From Eledone cirrhosa (lineage: Eukaryota): DNA of 64,000 nucleotides. The position numbers and the translations under genes were made by a program. Shown in pieces: positions 10,070-23,389 of this stretch. Numbering within the stretch: the first letter of the stretch is position 1; each line of letters begins with the position of its first letter. Below the pieces are notes generated by a model. The model was not told the DNA's origin, did no database searches, and saw nothing but the letters and a program-made list of their open reading frames with translations. The DNA lies in assembly GCA_964016885.1 (NCBI GenBank), contig OZ024743.1, positions 46,500,001 to 46,564,000 of the forward strand, in the 5' to 3' direction.

Positions 10070-11772
10070 CCATCAACTATACTTGCATCCAAATTCAGAG
10101 AACTCCCTGAATAAACTAAGGACGTTGAGACAATGTAGATTGTTCTGCTGCAGGTGGAGAGGCTAGGTGTGGTACCAGATGGCAGGAGGATCCCTTGGTT
10201 CAATCAAGAGGTCAAAAATGCCATGCAAGCAAAGGAGGCCTACAAAGCTTAGCTTGGAAATAAGTCCTCTTTCAACTTGTGGTACAAGCAAGCACTAAGA
10301 ATCACAACAGACAGTAAAGGTGTCCAAAGTTAAGACATGGGAGGATTTTGGGGTTAAGCTGGAATTGACTTCAGATCAGCAAATAAAGTGTTCTGGCAGA
10401 CCATCTGCCAACTTTGTAATAAGTAGTTCTCTCTCCAGAGAGGTGCATCCTCGCAAGGTGGAGATAATGTTTTGCTGAACCCTACCACAAAAGCATCTGA
10501 TGTACATGAGGTGCATCTGGGAGCAGTTAAAGAGCTCAAATGTGGCAAAGCCCCTGAGGAAGATGAAATCCATCCTGAGATGTTAAAAGCCTTAAATAAA
10601 GAAGGTATTCTCTGGCTGAGTTGTGTGCCAGGTGGCTTGTATCTCTGGAAAGGCTCCTAAGCTATGGCAATCAGGAGTGATTATCCCAATTTTCAAAAAG
10701 GATGAGATTGTTCCAATTACAGAGATATCTTCTTGTTAAGCCTCCCCGGAAAAGTCTATGCTAAGTCTCTGGCAAAGAGATGAAGGGAGATTGTCGAGTC
10801 CAAGTTAGCTGATGAACAGTGTAATTTTCGCCCCGGATGCAGCACAGGTGACCAAATATTCACACTTGAGAAATCGTGAGAGTATTACCAAGAGGTATAT
10901 TCTTGTTTTGTAGACCTCCAAAAGGCATATGACTGTATTCCTCGTGATCTGCTGTGGAAGGTTAGGCGTATAGGATCGATGGTCAGCTTCTTGCTGCCGT
11001 GATGTCTCTATACGAATGCCCACGTATTTGTGTTCGGATACATGGTGCTAAATCGAAACCATTCAATGTGGGAATTGGATTCCGCCAAGGGCGTGTACTG
11101 TCATCTGTTCATTATTTTCATGAACAGAATTGACATGCGCAGCCGGGTTGGAGGTCGTTTCACAACTGGCAGGAAAATCAGATGGCTGGAATTTCAGACA
11201 ACATGGTGTTACTTAACTCGACAGAAGGTGGTCTCTGACTTGCACTTGATAGGTTTGATTCAGAGTGCTGCAAAAACTGAGACGCTCCTCTTTTCAAGGA
11301 AACCTGCACATTGCACTCTGCATGTGAATGGAGTTCTACTGAAGCAGGTGTAGTTGATGTATCTCGGGGCCAGCTTCAGCATTTGGTAATCAGAATGGAG
11401 GTAGGTTTAAAAGCCAAACTTGCTATCTTCAATTTAGTATTCATGTCAACTCTTACCTATGGTCATAAATATTGGGTAATGACCCCAAAAATATGATTGT
11501 GAATACAAGCGGCCGAAATATGGTTCCTCTGAAGGGTCTTTCGGGTAACGTTACTCAATAGAGTGTGTAGCTCAGAATCAGAGAGTCATTCCAGGTAGAG
11601 TCGCTACTTCTCCAAATTGAGAGATCACAGCTCTGATACTATGGGCACGTGGTTAGAATGTCTCAAGAAAGTATAGCTGGACAGATTTTATGGGCAAAAC
11701 CAACTGGCAGGAGACCCAGGGGTAGGCCCTGAGCAAGATGGTTAGATAACATCAATGAGCTTGGCTGGTCGT
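10070..11772 (+). mobile_element. RTE LINE family C fragment in CCT5 intron 1, decayed
   Basis: Closely similar to 4.5-6.8 kb (GCTGGAATTGACTTCAGATCAGCAAATAAAGTGTTCTGGCAGACC) and to 47.4-48.2 kb. GKAPEEDEIHPEMLKA and STLTYG motifs; many stops and frameshifts. Confidence 0.85.
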
Positions 11773-12801
11773 TCAGTTTTCACCTGAAACATTACTATTA
11801 TTGACATTGACTCACTGCAAAATATATGAACCACTTTCTCAAATGAAGGTTATTTAATTTAAAGATATTGCTCCTATTTTTTAGTAGGACAAGCCACTGT
11901 ATAGAAGGCTTCTTCATAATATCAAGTCCAATATATTTTCAACAACATTTGCCTTTGCAAATTTTTATATGTAAGATTATACGTGATTATTTTCTTGATG
12001 TTATTAAGCAACTTCAGAGGTCCTTACTACCATTGTTAAGATTGATTTGCACTTCTTATAATAAAAAATATCTATTTCTACTCTATTCTTTTTCTATCAC
12101 ACATCTTGAATTTTAAAATTGTTAAAATTGACTGTTACTGGATTTGATGTATACACTTATTGCAATCCTCAGGGAGATTTCACATGACATGATGTGTAAC
12201 AAGGCTGACCCTTTGAATTACATGTACATTTGACAGGCTTTCTATGCAATTGGTTTACTTAATTTCACTCACAATGCTTTGATTGTGCCTATAGCTACAG
12301 TAAATGGCACATGCCCGAGATGCCACACAGTGGAATTGAGCCAAGAACCTCACGATTATGAAATTATTTAAAACCCTTTTGGGACCCCCCTTCCTCGACC
12401 TACAATTCAAAGCTGGTTATTTTAAGGTGTTTATATTTATTTACTTATCATAATCACATCATAATTTTATGTAAGAACCTTTGGTGAATTTGTTCCAAAC
12501 ACCAGTGTAGTGAAAAAAATTAGTGTTTTAATAAATCCCTTCAAATTCATGATTATTTTCAAAATTATTTAAAAATAATAGGTAGTATCTTTCATTCAAA
12601 TTATGGTAATATTTAAACTTTAAAAAGTTAAATCATGTTTTTAAAAAAAAAAGGTTATTGCTTATAAGACAACTGCAGTTGACAATTTTTGCATACAACA
12701 CCCAATTACTCTTATACACATTACTTGTTATACACATATGTGTAGCCCATTAATTATGGTGCAATGACTTAAGTTAATATTTTTATTTTTATTTTTTTCA
12801 G

Positions 12802-13027
12802 TCTCATATTTTGGCTGCAAAGAATGTTGCTGACATTTTGAGAACATCTCTGGGTCCTAAGGGTCTAGATAAAATGTTGGTCAGTTCAGATGGTGATGTA
12901 ACTCTAACCAATGATGGGGCAACTATCCTTTCCATGATGGATGTAAAGCATCAGATTGCTAAATTACTTGTACAACTCTCTAAATCCCAGGATGATGAAA
13001 TTGGTGATGGAACAACTGGTGTTGTTG
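12802..13027 (+). CDS. CCT5: CCT5 coding exon 2
   Basis: TTTTTCAG acceptor; [24 protein letters not shown]...TNDGATIL...[10 protein letters not shown] (chaperonin ATP-binding motifs); G|GTAAG donor; 226 nt. Confidence 0.97.
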
Positions 13028-13482
13028 GTAAGAACGTTTGAATTATTTTTGATGCACTGTAAAGTATATCTAATAACTGCAGCAGTTAGAATGTAGTGGT
13101 AACAGTATTAGTACAGGTTTGCAGACAGTGTCACATATGTAAACAAATGTCTGTACAACAGTTTTTTTCAACAACAGAAAAAGTGGGTTAATTCAATTGA
13201 ATAGTGTATCATCAAGATTATGTACTAATTGAATATGATTTTTAAATTGTAATTGAATTTGTTATAATTTGTTTTATTCAATTAACTTTCTTCTTAATTT
13301 AATAATGAGTCATTGTTTTGCGTCCATTTTTCCATGTTTGGATGAGTTAGGCAAAGCCTGGAGCTTATCCCAGTTTTATGGGTGTTGTGCAACTGAAAAT
13401 ACAAGGCTCTTTCATATTGATATTAGAAATATCAGATTTTTATACATAATTGTTAAATTTTGTAATCAGCATTTTATATTTG

Positions 13483-13517
<35 letters not shown>

Positions 13518-13863
13518 CATGTTTGCATTGAATGGATTAAACTTATGGAGGCATGTTCTCTAGCTGGAGTTAAATGGCTTCTTTTTATTTTCTAAATAAA
13601 GGTAATGTTGATATGATGTTTGCTACAAATAGCATACACATGGCAGGCTTCCTTACAGTTTCAGTCTGCAAAATTCACTCACAAGATATTGGTCAACTTG
13701 TAGCTGACACTTTCCCAAAGTGTCATACAGAATGATTGGATTTGAAACCACATGGTTCTAAAGCAAGCTTCTTAACCACAAAACCATGCTTGCTTCTATA
13801 TGTGTATAATAAAGGTTAATATTTACTATTATTGAGGGGTTTTTTTCTTTTCTTTTTTTTTAG

Positions 13864-14062
13864 TACTGGCTGGTGCTTTACTGGAGCAAGCTGAAAAATT
13901 GTTGGACAAAGGAATTCATCCTATCCGAATTGCTGATGGTTTTGAAATGGCTGCCAAAATTGCTGTTGACCACCTTCATCAGATAAGTGAGGTGTTTGAA
14001 ATTGGACCTGACAACAAGGAACCTTTAATTCGGCTGGCAATGACAACTCTAGGTTCTAAAAT
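13864..14062 (+). CDS. CCT5: CCT5 coding exon 3
   Basis: Poly-T TAG acceptor; [27 protein letters not shown]...AMTTLGSK; AT|GTAAG donor; 199 nt, phases consistent. Confidence 0.97.
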
Positions 14063-14509
14063 GTAAGTTTTATGAACATTTGAATATTAACGATTATGTA
14101 ATCATTAATAGACCCTGTTGTGTATTAATGTCAGATATGTTAAGAGTTAAGTCAGTCTTTGTTAGTGGGAGGGGTGATTGACAGAGAATATTGAATCTGC
14201 TTATTTTCAGACTCTATATCAAGTGTAGCCAAGACAGTTGAAATGGACTGTAGATAGGGGTGGAGACAGATTTATATCTCAAACAAATAGGATGTGTGGT
14301 TTGTGTGTTAGTAATATGGGATAACTGGAGTCAAAGTTAGATCAGAGTTGATGGATAAGGGGGAGAAATGTCCAGTGATTCTAGGAAAGTGCATTTTGAG
14401 TTCATAAAAACCCCTTGTAAGATGAGTTTTAGTTAACTCTTCTTTATTTCTTATGAATTCTTTTCCCATCTTCATTACTGAAGGTTAGGGACTCTGAACA
14501 ATTGCACTA

Positions 14510-15960
14510 ATGTTCTTCACTGGCTCCTTTCCCTTGCCACAACTGTGCACTTCACCAATGTTCTTCCTATACAGTTCCTGATATCATCACTCCTTGGTCT
14601 TCCTCTTGATCTTCTGCCATTGATGCACCCTTCTAGGGTATGGATGCAGAGGTTCTGGGCCCTGATGACATGGCCAAAGTATTGTAGCTTTTGCTTCCTT
14701 ATGGTCACTTCTCTTTTCCCATCACTTCCAGGACTGACTCGTCTCGAATGACATCAGTTTGTTAACATTCATGATTTTCGTTGTCCATGTCATGCAACCA
14801 TATAGTGACATTAGCCACACTAGGGTCATCAGAAGCTTCAGCTTAATGCTCTTGTGGAGGGCACTGTCTTTCCACAGAAAGTTGTGTACTATCTATAATG
14901 GTTCCCAGGTCCTTAAATTTTTCCATTTGAGCTAGCGTAGTTCCTCAACATTGACTGCCCTTCTGCATTGGTTCCTTAGTGGCTGTCATAACTCTCTCTT
15001 CCTGGTGTTAATCTGAAACTGATACTCACCAGAAGCCCTTTCCAAGCGGTTTTTGGAGTGTCTCAGTGATGCTATCAACAATATCATTAGCAAAATGGTT
15101 TTTTGAAATTCCAGCTACCGATTGTTACTCCTATCTAGGATAGATTATCTGCTGGTTGTCGCATTGCCTCTTCTTTTCTGGTTGGTAAATCAGTGAAATG
15201 GTTGTCCATTTTAACCACTACACGCTGTCCATTGTATAGTTGGCTCCCACATTCATCAATAAAGTCCAGAGTCGAGTGTCAAACTGTGTCAGAAGCTTTC
15301 TTGCAATCAAGGAAGGCCATGTTTAGGGGGGCATCATGCTTTTTCCATAATGATCTTGATGTTGAAGACGTGGTCTCTCACGCCAACTTTCTTTCGAAAG
15401 CCTAACTGCACTTTGGAGAACTATTCCTCCACAATTTTCTGTGTTCTCTGCAACTGGACACGTAGGAGTATCTTGATGGTTTGGCTGATTAGAGCGATGG
15501 TGTGATGTTGTTCACATTTTCAGGATCTTGGTTGCAACACAGCTTATGCATCAGTTTGACTATCATGTTGTCTGTCTTGAACAGCTCCGCTGGGATGTCT
15601 TGATGGCCTCCTTTACTTCAGACTTGAGGGTGTCAGGAGCATACTTTGTAGTGGTCTCGTAATGATTATCATCATCGTGATAAAGACACTCACTGTGGTC
15701 CTCCTATCTTCTCAAGATATCCTGGAGGTCAGTCAGAACGCGACTCTCCTCATCCTTATATTCCTCTGTCTTGATTGACAACCTTTCTACTGAGCCTTGA
15801 TGGAGTTTGCTTTTTTCGTGTTGTGATGGCATTGGCCGTCTTCTACTTTCGCACACTTTAAACCACCTAGTCTTGTCATTCCTGGTCTCGCATTGGACGG
15901 TAAAACTTGTGTCAAAGGGCTATCACAAAGTTAATTTCTACCTTAGCAGGGAACAGGCCT
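14510..15960 (-). mobile_element. RTE LINE (family D, BovB-like), decayed, CCT5 intron 3
   Basis: KQKLQYFGHVIRAQNL..TLEGCINGRRSRGRP (14517-14708) and upstream RT remnants (KAFD-like, QxGF-like) on the minus strand. Confidence 0.75.
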
Positions 15961-16035
15961 TTAAAAGTTTGTTTGTTATGAATTTTAGGGTTTTTTTTTG
16001 TATAATTTATAAGAATATTTGTTTTTCTTCCTCAG

Positions 16036-16228
16036 TATTAACAAATGTCACCGTCAAATGGCAACAATTGCTGTCGATGCTGTTCTCACTGTTGCTGATT
16101 TGGAAAGAAAAGATATCAACTTTGAATTAATTAAAGTCGATGGTAAAGTTGGGGGAAAGCTTGAAGATACTGTTTTGGTTAAGGGAGTTGTTGTGGATAA
16201 GGACATGAGTCATCCACAAATGCCTAAA
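16036..16228 (+). CDS. CCT5: CCT5 coding exon 4
   Basis: CCTCAG acceptor; [16 protein letters not shown]...[10 protein letters not shown]...[11 protein letters not shown]; GTAAGT donor; 193 nt. Confidence 0.97.
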
Positions 16229-16408
16229 GTAAGTTGTATTGCTCTTTCAAATTATTCATTTGGTAATTTCTTCTTTTTCTTCACACATTCTATTCTCTAT
16301 AGCAAGTAAATTATTTAGAGTTAGTGGCATTAAATTAACAGTGTCTGCTTCTTGGAGAACAAAGACTTATGGAAGAAGATTGATTATTGATTTGCCAAAT
16401 TGAGTGAA

Positions 16409-16409
<1 letters not shown>

Positions 16410-16441
<32 letters not shown>

Positions 16442-17712
16442 TTAACGTCCATCTTCCACGCTAGCATGGGTTAGACGGGAGTTGTCCCACTTGAGGCAAG
16501 GTTGACCATGTCTCACTCATATAGGGCTATCTGGCAGTTTTTCTACGGCTGGATGCCCTTCCTAACACCAACCACATTTACAGTATGGAACTGGGAACTT
16601 TTTTACCGTGTTACCTAAACGGCCACATTACAGCGTGGACTGTTTTTTTTTTTTTGTTGTGACACCTACATGATCTCGATCTCATTATCTCATTTATTTG
16701 GACTGGATGTTGTGGTACCAACTTTACAGAGAGAGGGTGGTGTTAGTGGGAGAATAGGGTAGGGGTAGTGGATTGGGGTGTATATTTGGTTAACAGGTGC
16801 CTACTGACTGTAGGTTTCGCTATGTACATAGGCAAGGCGGGTCTTCTGTATTACTGCGTAACGCCAAATATCTAGGTCTAGTGACATAGTCTTAGAGAGG
16901 TGCAAGTTTGTAAGGTCGGAATTTATCAAATCGTCCCAGGTTTTTCTGGGTCTGCCTACTCCGTAACTACCATTAATTTTGATCGCCCCGCACTTTTTTA
17001 TGCAGCTGTCGTCCTTCATGCACTTCACGTGACCATACCAACATAGTCTTCTCTCAAGTAAACAGCATCTGATCCCTCTTATTCCTAATTTCTCACTTAG
17101 TTCATGTATATTACTATTACACATCCAATGGAGCATGCATGCTTCATTTCCTTTCCAGTCTGTGCACGTAATGCCCATGTCTCACTGCCATGTAGCATTG
17201 CTGTTCGTATACCATAACATCCAGGCCGAAACAAATGAGATCGTGTAGGTGTCACGACAAAAAAAAAACACACAGTCCACGCTGTAATGTGGCCGTGTAG
17301 GCAACACGGTAAAATCCTCCCAGTCCCACACTGTAAATGTGGTTGGTGTTAGGAAGGGCATCCAGCTGTAGAAAACCCGCCAGACAGTCCACGCTGTAAT
17401 GTGGCCGTGTAGGCAACACGGTAAAAACCTCCCAGCCCCACACTGTAAATGTGGTTGGTGTTAGGAAGGGCATCCAGCTGTAGAAAACCCGCCAGACAGT
17501 CCTATGCGAGCAAGACAACCACTCTTGCCTCAAGTGGGAAAACTCCCGTCCAAACCCATGCAAGCGTGGAACATGGACGTTAAACGATGATGATACACGC
17601 ATCATACAATCTGCCTTTCATTTTTAGAGAGAAACCTTTTGTGGCCAACAGCATTATAAGCTCTCTGAACTTTTTCCATCCTGTTCTGACTCTGGCTACT
17701 GTACTTTCAGAA
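16410..17712 (-). mobile_element. RTE family A 3' fragment (minus), interrupted by a plus-strand family A 3'UTR (17211-17592)
   Basis: (CAT)n tail at 16410-16441. RT C-terminal ORF 16801-17178 continues at 17593-17712. The nested plus copy carries an internal ~110-bp duplication. Confidence 0.85.
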
Positions 17713-18035
17713 CAACTATTAGTGATAAAAAGTATATTAATTATGAGTGGATTTAACATGTGTGTGTGTGTATATATATATGTGTGTGTGTGTGTGTATA
17801 TTATATGCATGTGTTGACCAGTGGTTAGGTAATGCATTCAATTCCCAGGTTTGTTGCTCCAGTTCACTCAGGTGAAAATGAATACCAGTGGCATCTGTGG
17901 ATTAGTTTTGTGGCAGATAAACATCCTGATCAAAGGAGTCTTGTGCTTTGTCACTTAATGCACAGGAAAGCAGGATAATCTCTAGTCCTAGCTCCACCCT
18001 TGCAAGCATAAAAGGATAACTTATATATATATAAT

Positions 18036-19118
18036 ATCATCATCATCATCATCATCGTTTAACATCCATCCTGGGTTTGGACGGGAATTTTCCCACTTGA
18101 GGCAAGATTGGTTGTCTTGCTCGTATAGGACTGTCTGGCGGGTTTTCTACGGCTGGATGCCCTTCCTAACATGTTTACAGTGTGGACTGGGAAGTTTTTA
18201 CCGTGTTACCTACACGGCCATATTACAACGTGGACTGTGTGTTTTTTTTTTGTTGTGACACCTACACAACCTCATTTATTTAGGACTGGATGTTGTGGTA
18301 CCAACATAACTTTACATCGAGAGGGGTGGTGTGGATGGGGTGGGGGTAATGGGACTGGGGTGTATTTTAGTAAGAGGTGCCTACTGACTGTAGGTTTCGC
18401 TTTGCACTTAAGCAAGGCGGGTCTTCTGTATAACTGTGTAGCGCCAAAGATCTCGGTCCAGTGACATTGTCTTGGAGAGGTATACGTGTGTGAGGTCGGA
18501 ATTTATCAAGTCGTCCCAGGTTTTTCTGGGTCTGCTTACTCCATGGCTACCGTCTATTTTGATCGCCCTGCACTTTTTTATACAGCTGTCGTCTTTCATG
18601 CGCATCACCTGACCATACCAACGTAGTCTTCTCTCGAGTAAACAGCATCTGATCCCTCTTATTCCTAATTTCTCACTTAGTTAATTTATGCTTTGCCGTT
18701 CACATATATTACTATTACACATCCAACGGAACATGCAAGCTTCGTTCCTCTCCAGTCTGCGTAGATCCTCTGCACACAATGCCCAAGTCTCACTGCCACG
18801 TAACATTGCTGTTCGTATGCAGGCATCATACAGCCTGCCTTTCATTTTTAGAGAGAAACCTTTAGCGGCCAATAGTGGTATAAGCTCTCTGAACTTTTTC
18901 CATCCCGTTCTGACTCTAGCTACTGTACTTTCAGAGCACCCTCCACCACTGCTGATTTTGTCACCCAAGTAACGGAAGGTGTCCACTTTTTCTATAGAAC
19001 CATCTGTGCAATGGAATGAGCTAGTATTTTGTGGGCACTTGCTGCTACTTATTGCACCTGAGCACTGGCCACATATAAAATCTATATTCTTAGTTAGCTT
19101 ACCTGTGATCCCAATACA
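18036..19118 (-). mobile_element. RTE family A 3' fragment, CCT5 intron 4
   Basis: FRYLGDKISSGGGCSE...GSETWAL... ORFs nearly identical to 29591-31519; (CAT)n tail at 18036-18056. Confidence 0.9.
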
Positions 19119-19195
19119 TCTTGTGTGTGTATAATCAACTTTATATAACAGAAAATTGTTTTTATAATCTAAATTGCTACAAATTTCTATTACAG

Positions 19196-19345
19196 CAAGT
19201 GAGTGATGCCAAAATTGCCATTCTTACCTGTCCATTTGAACCACCAAAACCCAAAACAAAGCATAAGTTGGATGTTTCATCTGTTGAAGATTATAAAAAA
19301 TTAAGAGACTATGAAACTGATAAATTCAATGAAATGGTTGATCAG
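19196..19345 (+). CDS. CCT5: CCT5 coding exon 5
   Basis: TTACAG acceptor; [27 protein letters not shown]...MVDQ; CAG|GTAAGT donor; 150 nt. Confidence 0.97.
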
Positions 19346-19697
19346 GTAAGTAATTGTTATTTTAGATTAAATGTTTTGAAATTAGGCTTTTAAATAAATA
19401 TGAACAAATCAATAACACAATTTGTATCATTTTTTTTATCTCTGCTTCAACCTTTTTGAAACTAAACCACTCCTAGTTCTATGATAGTTTATTTTAAAAT
19501 GTTTATATTATCTAAAAACCTTCCATCATAAGTTTATGTTCCAAACTCCAGGTAAATATTGAGAAAATTAAATTACTAAATTCCTCTGAATTTTTTTTTA
19601 TTTTCAAAATGATTTGAAAATTATAGGCAGTAATTTTGATCGGAAATATGGTAATGAAAGGATTAAATATTTAAAAGTTTTAGTTTATATGTAAAAA

Positions 19698-19915
19698 TCA
19701 TCATCATCATCATCATTTAACATCCATCTTCCATGCTTGCATGGGTTTGGACGGGAGTTTTCCCACTTGAGGCAAGATTGGTTGTCTTGCTCGTATAGGA
19801 CTGTCTGGCGGGTTTTCTACGGCTGGATGCCCTTCCTAACACCAACCACGTTTACAGTGGACTGGGAGGTTTTTACCGTGTTACCTACACGGCCACATTA
19901 CAGCGTGGACTGTGT
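19698..19915 (-). mobile_element. RTE family A 3'UTR fragment, CCT5 intron 5
   Basis: (CAT)n tail plus ~200 bp matching the family A 3'UTR. Confidence 0.85.
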
Positions 19916-20399
19916 GATACCTTTTTGTTTTTTTCATCTCTGCTTTTTGTATAATATAGCATTTAATTGTATTTATTCATCCCTTTCATGTTTCTAATGA
20001 AATAGAGTATTCCAGTAAATTGATGAAGAATTTTGACTGATTTACTAAAATTATTATTATTAAGACTGTAACTAACATCTGGTTCTTATGTAAAATTGTT
20101 TTAAGATCATAATTTATATAGGAAACTTTTTTAATGTTTTGTTTTTTTTTGTTTCATACAACTACAAACTGTTTAGCAGGGTTAATCTTAAAAGGGTTAA
20201 ATAAAGGTTTGTTATTATGAGGCTCTTTAACTATGAGTATGAACATTTTTGATTGCTGTATATTGAGAAATTACAATTTGTATTCATTTTATTATCTGGA
20301 ATTCTGTGATGCAAATGAACTAATTTCAGGAAACCAGCTAACCATCTGATTTCATATCAATCAAGTGAACACACAAGCCAAATTGATTACTTACTTGTA

Positions 20400-21120
20400 A
20401 GACATAGAAATAAACGGACTATAATTAATGTTAAAGCCTTCCCTGGGTAAGAATGCACTTCCCAACACAAGTTAGTTATTAGTGGCATCAAAATAAACAC
20501 AAGACAGTACAAAATGAGCAGGAAAATATAGAGACGGCAGGTTTGGAAGCTAATATAGGTTTAGAAAGGCCCTGCAGGATGCATTTGATGAGATGGGTCC
20601 CAAACTTGGTACAAATAACTGGAAATTCTTGTGTTACTACCTTTTGGGAACTACTGACGAGACTTGTGGGTGGAATAAAGCACCAGCCACCAAACACAGA
20701 GCGACCTGCTGGTGGAACAGCACAGTTGATAGAACCATTTAAGTCAAGAGACAGGAATGGGAAAATGGAGGTAGCAGAGACCGGTACCAGGTAGCTAAGA
20801 GAGAAGCTAGACGACAGGCATACACAACTTGGAGAGTGGCTGAAAATAGAAAGTGTTCTGCATTGCAAAGCAGTGTGTTAGAAATAACACTTGTGCTTTT
20901 AGCACCACTGATGCTCAAAAGAAAGAAGCCTAGAAATCTTACTATGAGAGACTGATGAATGGGAGGAAGAGAAACTGCCCCTAACCAACCTGATAGAAAG
21001 GCCAGCCACTGAAGTTGACAGTTATAGTGTTAAAGAAGCAATTAAAGAGATGAAAAAATGGTAAAGCTACAGGAGAAGTAGGAGTCAAACTAGTGACCTG
21101 CATAGTCAAACAGGTAATAC
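20400..21120 (+). mobile_element. Decayed RTE fragment (family B-like) ending just before CCT5 exon 6
   Basis: Collinear similarity to the reverse complement of ~45.0-45.8 kb (WWWN-like GGTGGAACAGCACAGTTGATAGA, EAIKEMK). Confidence 0.6.
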
Positions 21121-21159
21121 AGGGCTTTATTTAATCAGAATGTTGCTTTTGTGTTGTAG

Positions 21160-21279
21160 GTGAAATGTACTGGCTGTAACTTGGTAATCTGTCAGTGGGG
21201 ATTTGATGATGAAGCTAACCACTTGTTGCTTCAAAAAGAACTTCCTGCTGTCCGTTGGGTTGGAGGACCAGAAATTGAA
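21160..21279 (+). CDS. CCT5: CCT5 coding exon 6
   Basis: TTGTAG acceptor; [40 protein letters not shown]; GTGAGT donor; 120 nt. Confidence 0.97.
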
Positions 21280-21922
21280 GTGAGTTATTTTTTATTTTAA
21301 CTATTTCTCTATAATTTGTTTATCAATACAATTTAGGCATGGGCCTACTTGGGCAGTGTTCCTGATATAGTGATAATTAGCAATCCTTATCTTAAGATCT
21401 TGTAAACTGAAAGTATATCAGCCAATCAGAATAAAGTTAAGTAGTCAGTGCAGAATTAGGCCAGTTTACAAATGTTGACTGGCAGATAACTCTAATTTAA
21501 GTGTTCTTTCAAGTATTTTTTTTCCAATTTTTCAACCATAGTGTGTAACTCCCTACAGCCAAACACTTCCAAAGAGCAAAGACAAGTGTATATTCTGATT
21601 AAGATAAATCGTTGTACATCTCTTGTGTACATTGTTTGGAGGCAATATGAATTCAAATCCTGCCATTGGATTGATACCATAGAGTATTAGTCCATGGCAG
21701 AATTGTAAGAGTGTTGTACGAGATACTTTCTTGTACTTAGCACTTACATTGGTTTTGTTCAAATTTTTCTCTTACCTGTTAACAGTGCATTTCTGTAAAA
21801 ATAATATCAGTATCTTAACTTATCATAGTTTAGAGTAATAAATTTTAGCAATTTGATTTAGTCTTCTGAATATTACCTTTCCCACTCTACACAAGATCTT
21901 AAATGTTCCATTGGTTAATTAA

Positions 21923-23389
21923 CCCTTTAGCGTTCAAAGCGACAAAAACCGACAAAATTATGTCCCCTTTCATTTATTCAAACCGACAAAAACCGACATT
22001 TAATACCACACGGAGATTTCCTTCTAAAAATAAACATTGACATCATCGAAATCTCGTCAATTCGAGATTACTGCGAGATAAAGCCCTTACGCGCGAAAAT
22101 TAACTTTTAGTATAGTTAAAGAACTTGCGATAACACGTGCTTTTAACGTTGAAAGTGTAACATGGCTTCCGGAAGTAGCGACAACGAATTTGAAGGTTTT
22201 ACGTCCGACGACATTCGAGATCAAAAAGAAACAGAAGATAATATCAGTGATTTATCTTCAAACGAATCAGACATATTTATTTCTGATATATCTGATAATG
22301 ATGATAGTTACTTTGAAAGTGAAAGAGAAGATTTGACTGACACCATTGAAAAAATAGCAACGTGGTTGAAAGAAACAACATCGATACATGTTTCGGATTT
22401 TACTGAAAATATTGGACCACAACACACATTACCACCCGATGCTAAAGCACTGGATTATTATTTTTTATTTTTACCACAATCTTTCTTCGAAGTTGTGGCA
22501 AATCGCTATGCACAACAACAAATTTCTAATATCGGAAAACCCGATCTGTTATGTTGTCCGACAGATTCTGCCGAAATGAAAGCGTTGTTTACCATAAATA
22601 TTATGTTTGGTATTAAACAATTTCCACGACTGTGGAATTATTGGAGTACTGATATAAGGTTTGGTGACCCTTATATATCTAGTATTATGGCAAAAACGAG
22701 ATTCATTAAATTAAACCAGTATTTGCATCTGGTTGATACTTCAAATGCCCCTGGTAGAAATGAATCAAATTACGACCCACTGTACAAAGTACGACCATTA
22801 ATTGAAATATTGTCAGAAAAATTTAAAAGTGTGTATAACCTTATATATTGGGAACTTTCTATTACGTAATTTTACACCGTACATTTACAGAGTACATTGC
22901 CAATATTATTTTGACCGGTGAAAAGGTTTTATACATTTTTTTCAATGAAAATATTTGCCTGGAATGTAGAGAAAGACTAAAACCGTGTACTGATTACACC
23001 TGCATTTTTAATTAATTCACCTGTTCAGAAAACTGCTAGAATTGATGGAAATCAGCATCTAGGTCATTATTGGATTTTTTGGCAACAAATCTAACATAAG
23101 GCAGATAAAGTTTAAATTTTTGTGTTTATCCATAAAGTTATTACTTTTACACCTGTTAATTAATTTCACTTGCCCATATAAGTCAAATTTAACAAAAAAA
23201 ATCAGGTAAAAATATATAAATGTAAATTATAGTTATTTAAACATCTACTGACAAAATTTCAAGTCTGCACATAGAAAATTAAAGTAATTACAAACAAATA
23301 AAATTGATAACCCTCTTGAGTATAATTAAGTGAAAATAATGCGAATAGATGAACATGACATTTGACAATTCAATGTGAATGCTAAAGGG
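21923..23389 (+). mobile_element. Internally deleted piggyBac transposon in CCT5 intron 6
   Basis: TTAA TSDs (21919-21922, 23390-23393); TIRs CCCTTTAGCGTTCA / TGAATGCTAAAGGG; subterminal repeat CGACAAAAACCGACA twice; transposase-like ORF inside. Confidence 0.92.
22162..22869 (+). pseudogene. Truncated piggyBac (PGBD-type) transposase, N-terminal 235 aa
   Basis: Acidic N-terminus, then NRYA, WNYWS, MAKTRF...YLHL, DPLYKVRPLI. Stops at ELSIT where the first catalytic (S)IDE motif is expected. Confidence 0.85.

Noticed and set aside
12811-13041. ORF-track starts and ends for CCT5 pieces as separate small genes
   Set aside because: They are internal exons running into intron sequence; the true boundaries are the splice sites listed.
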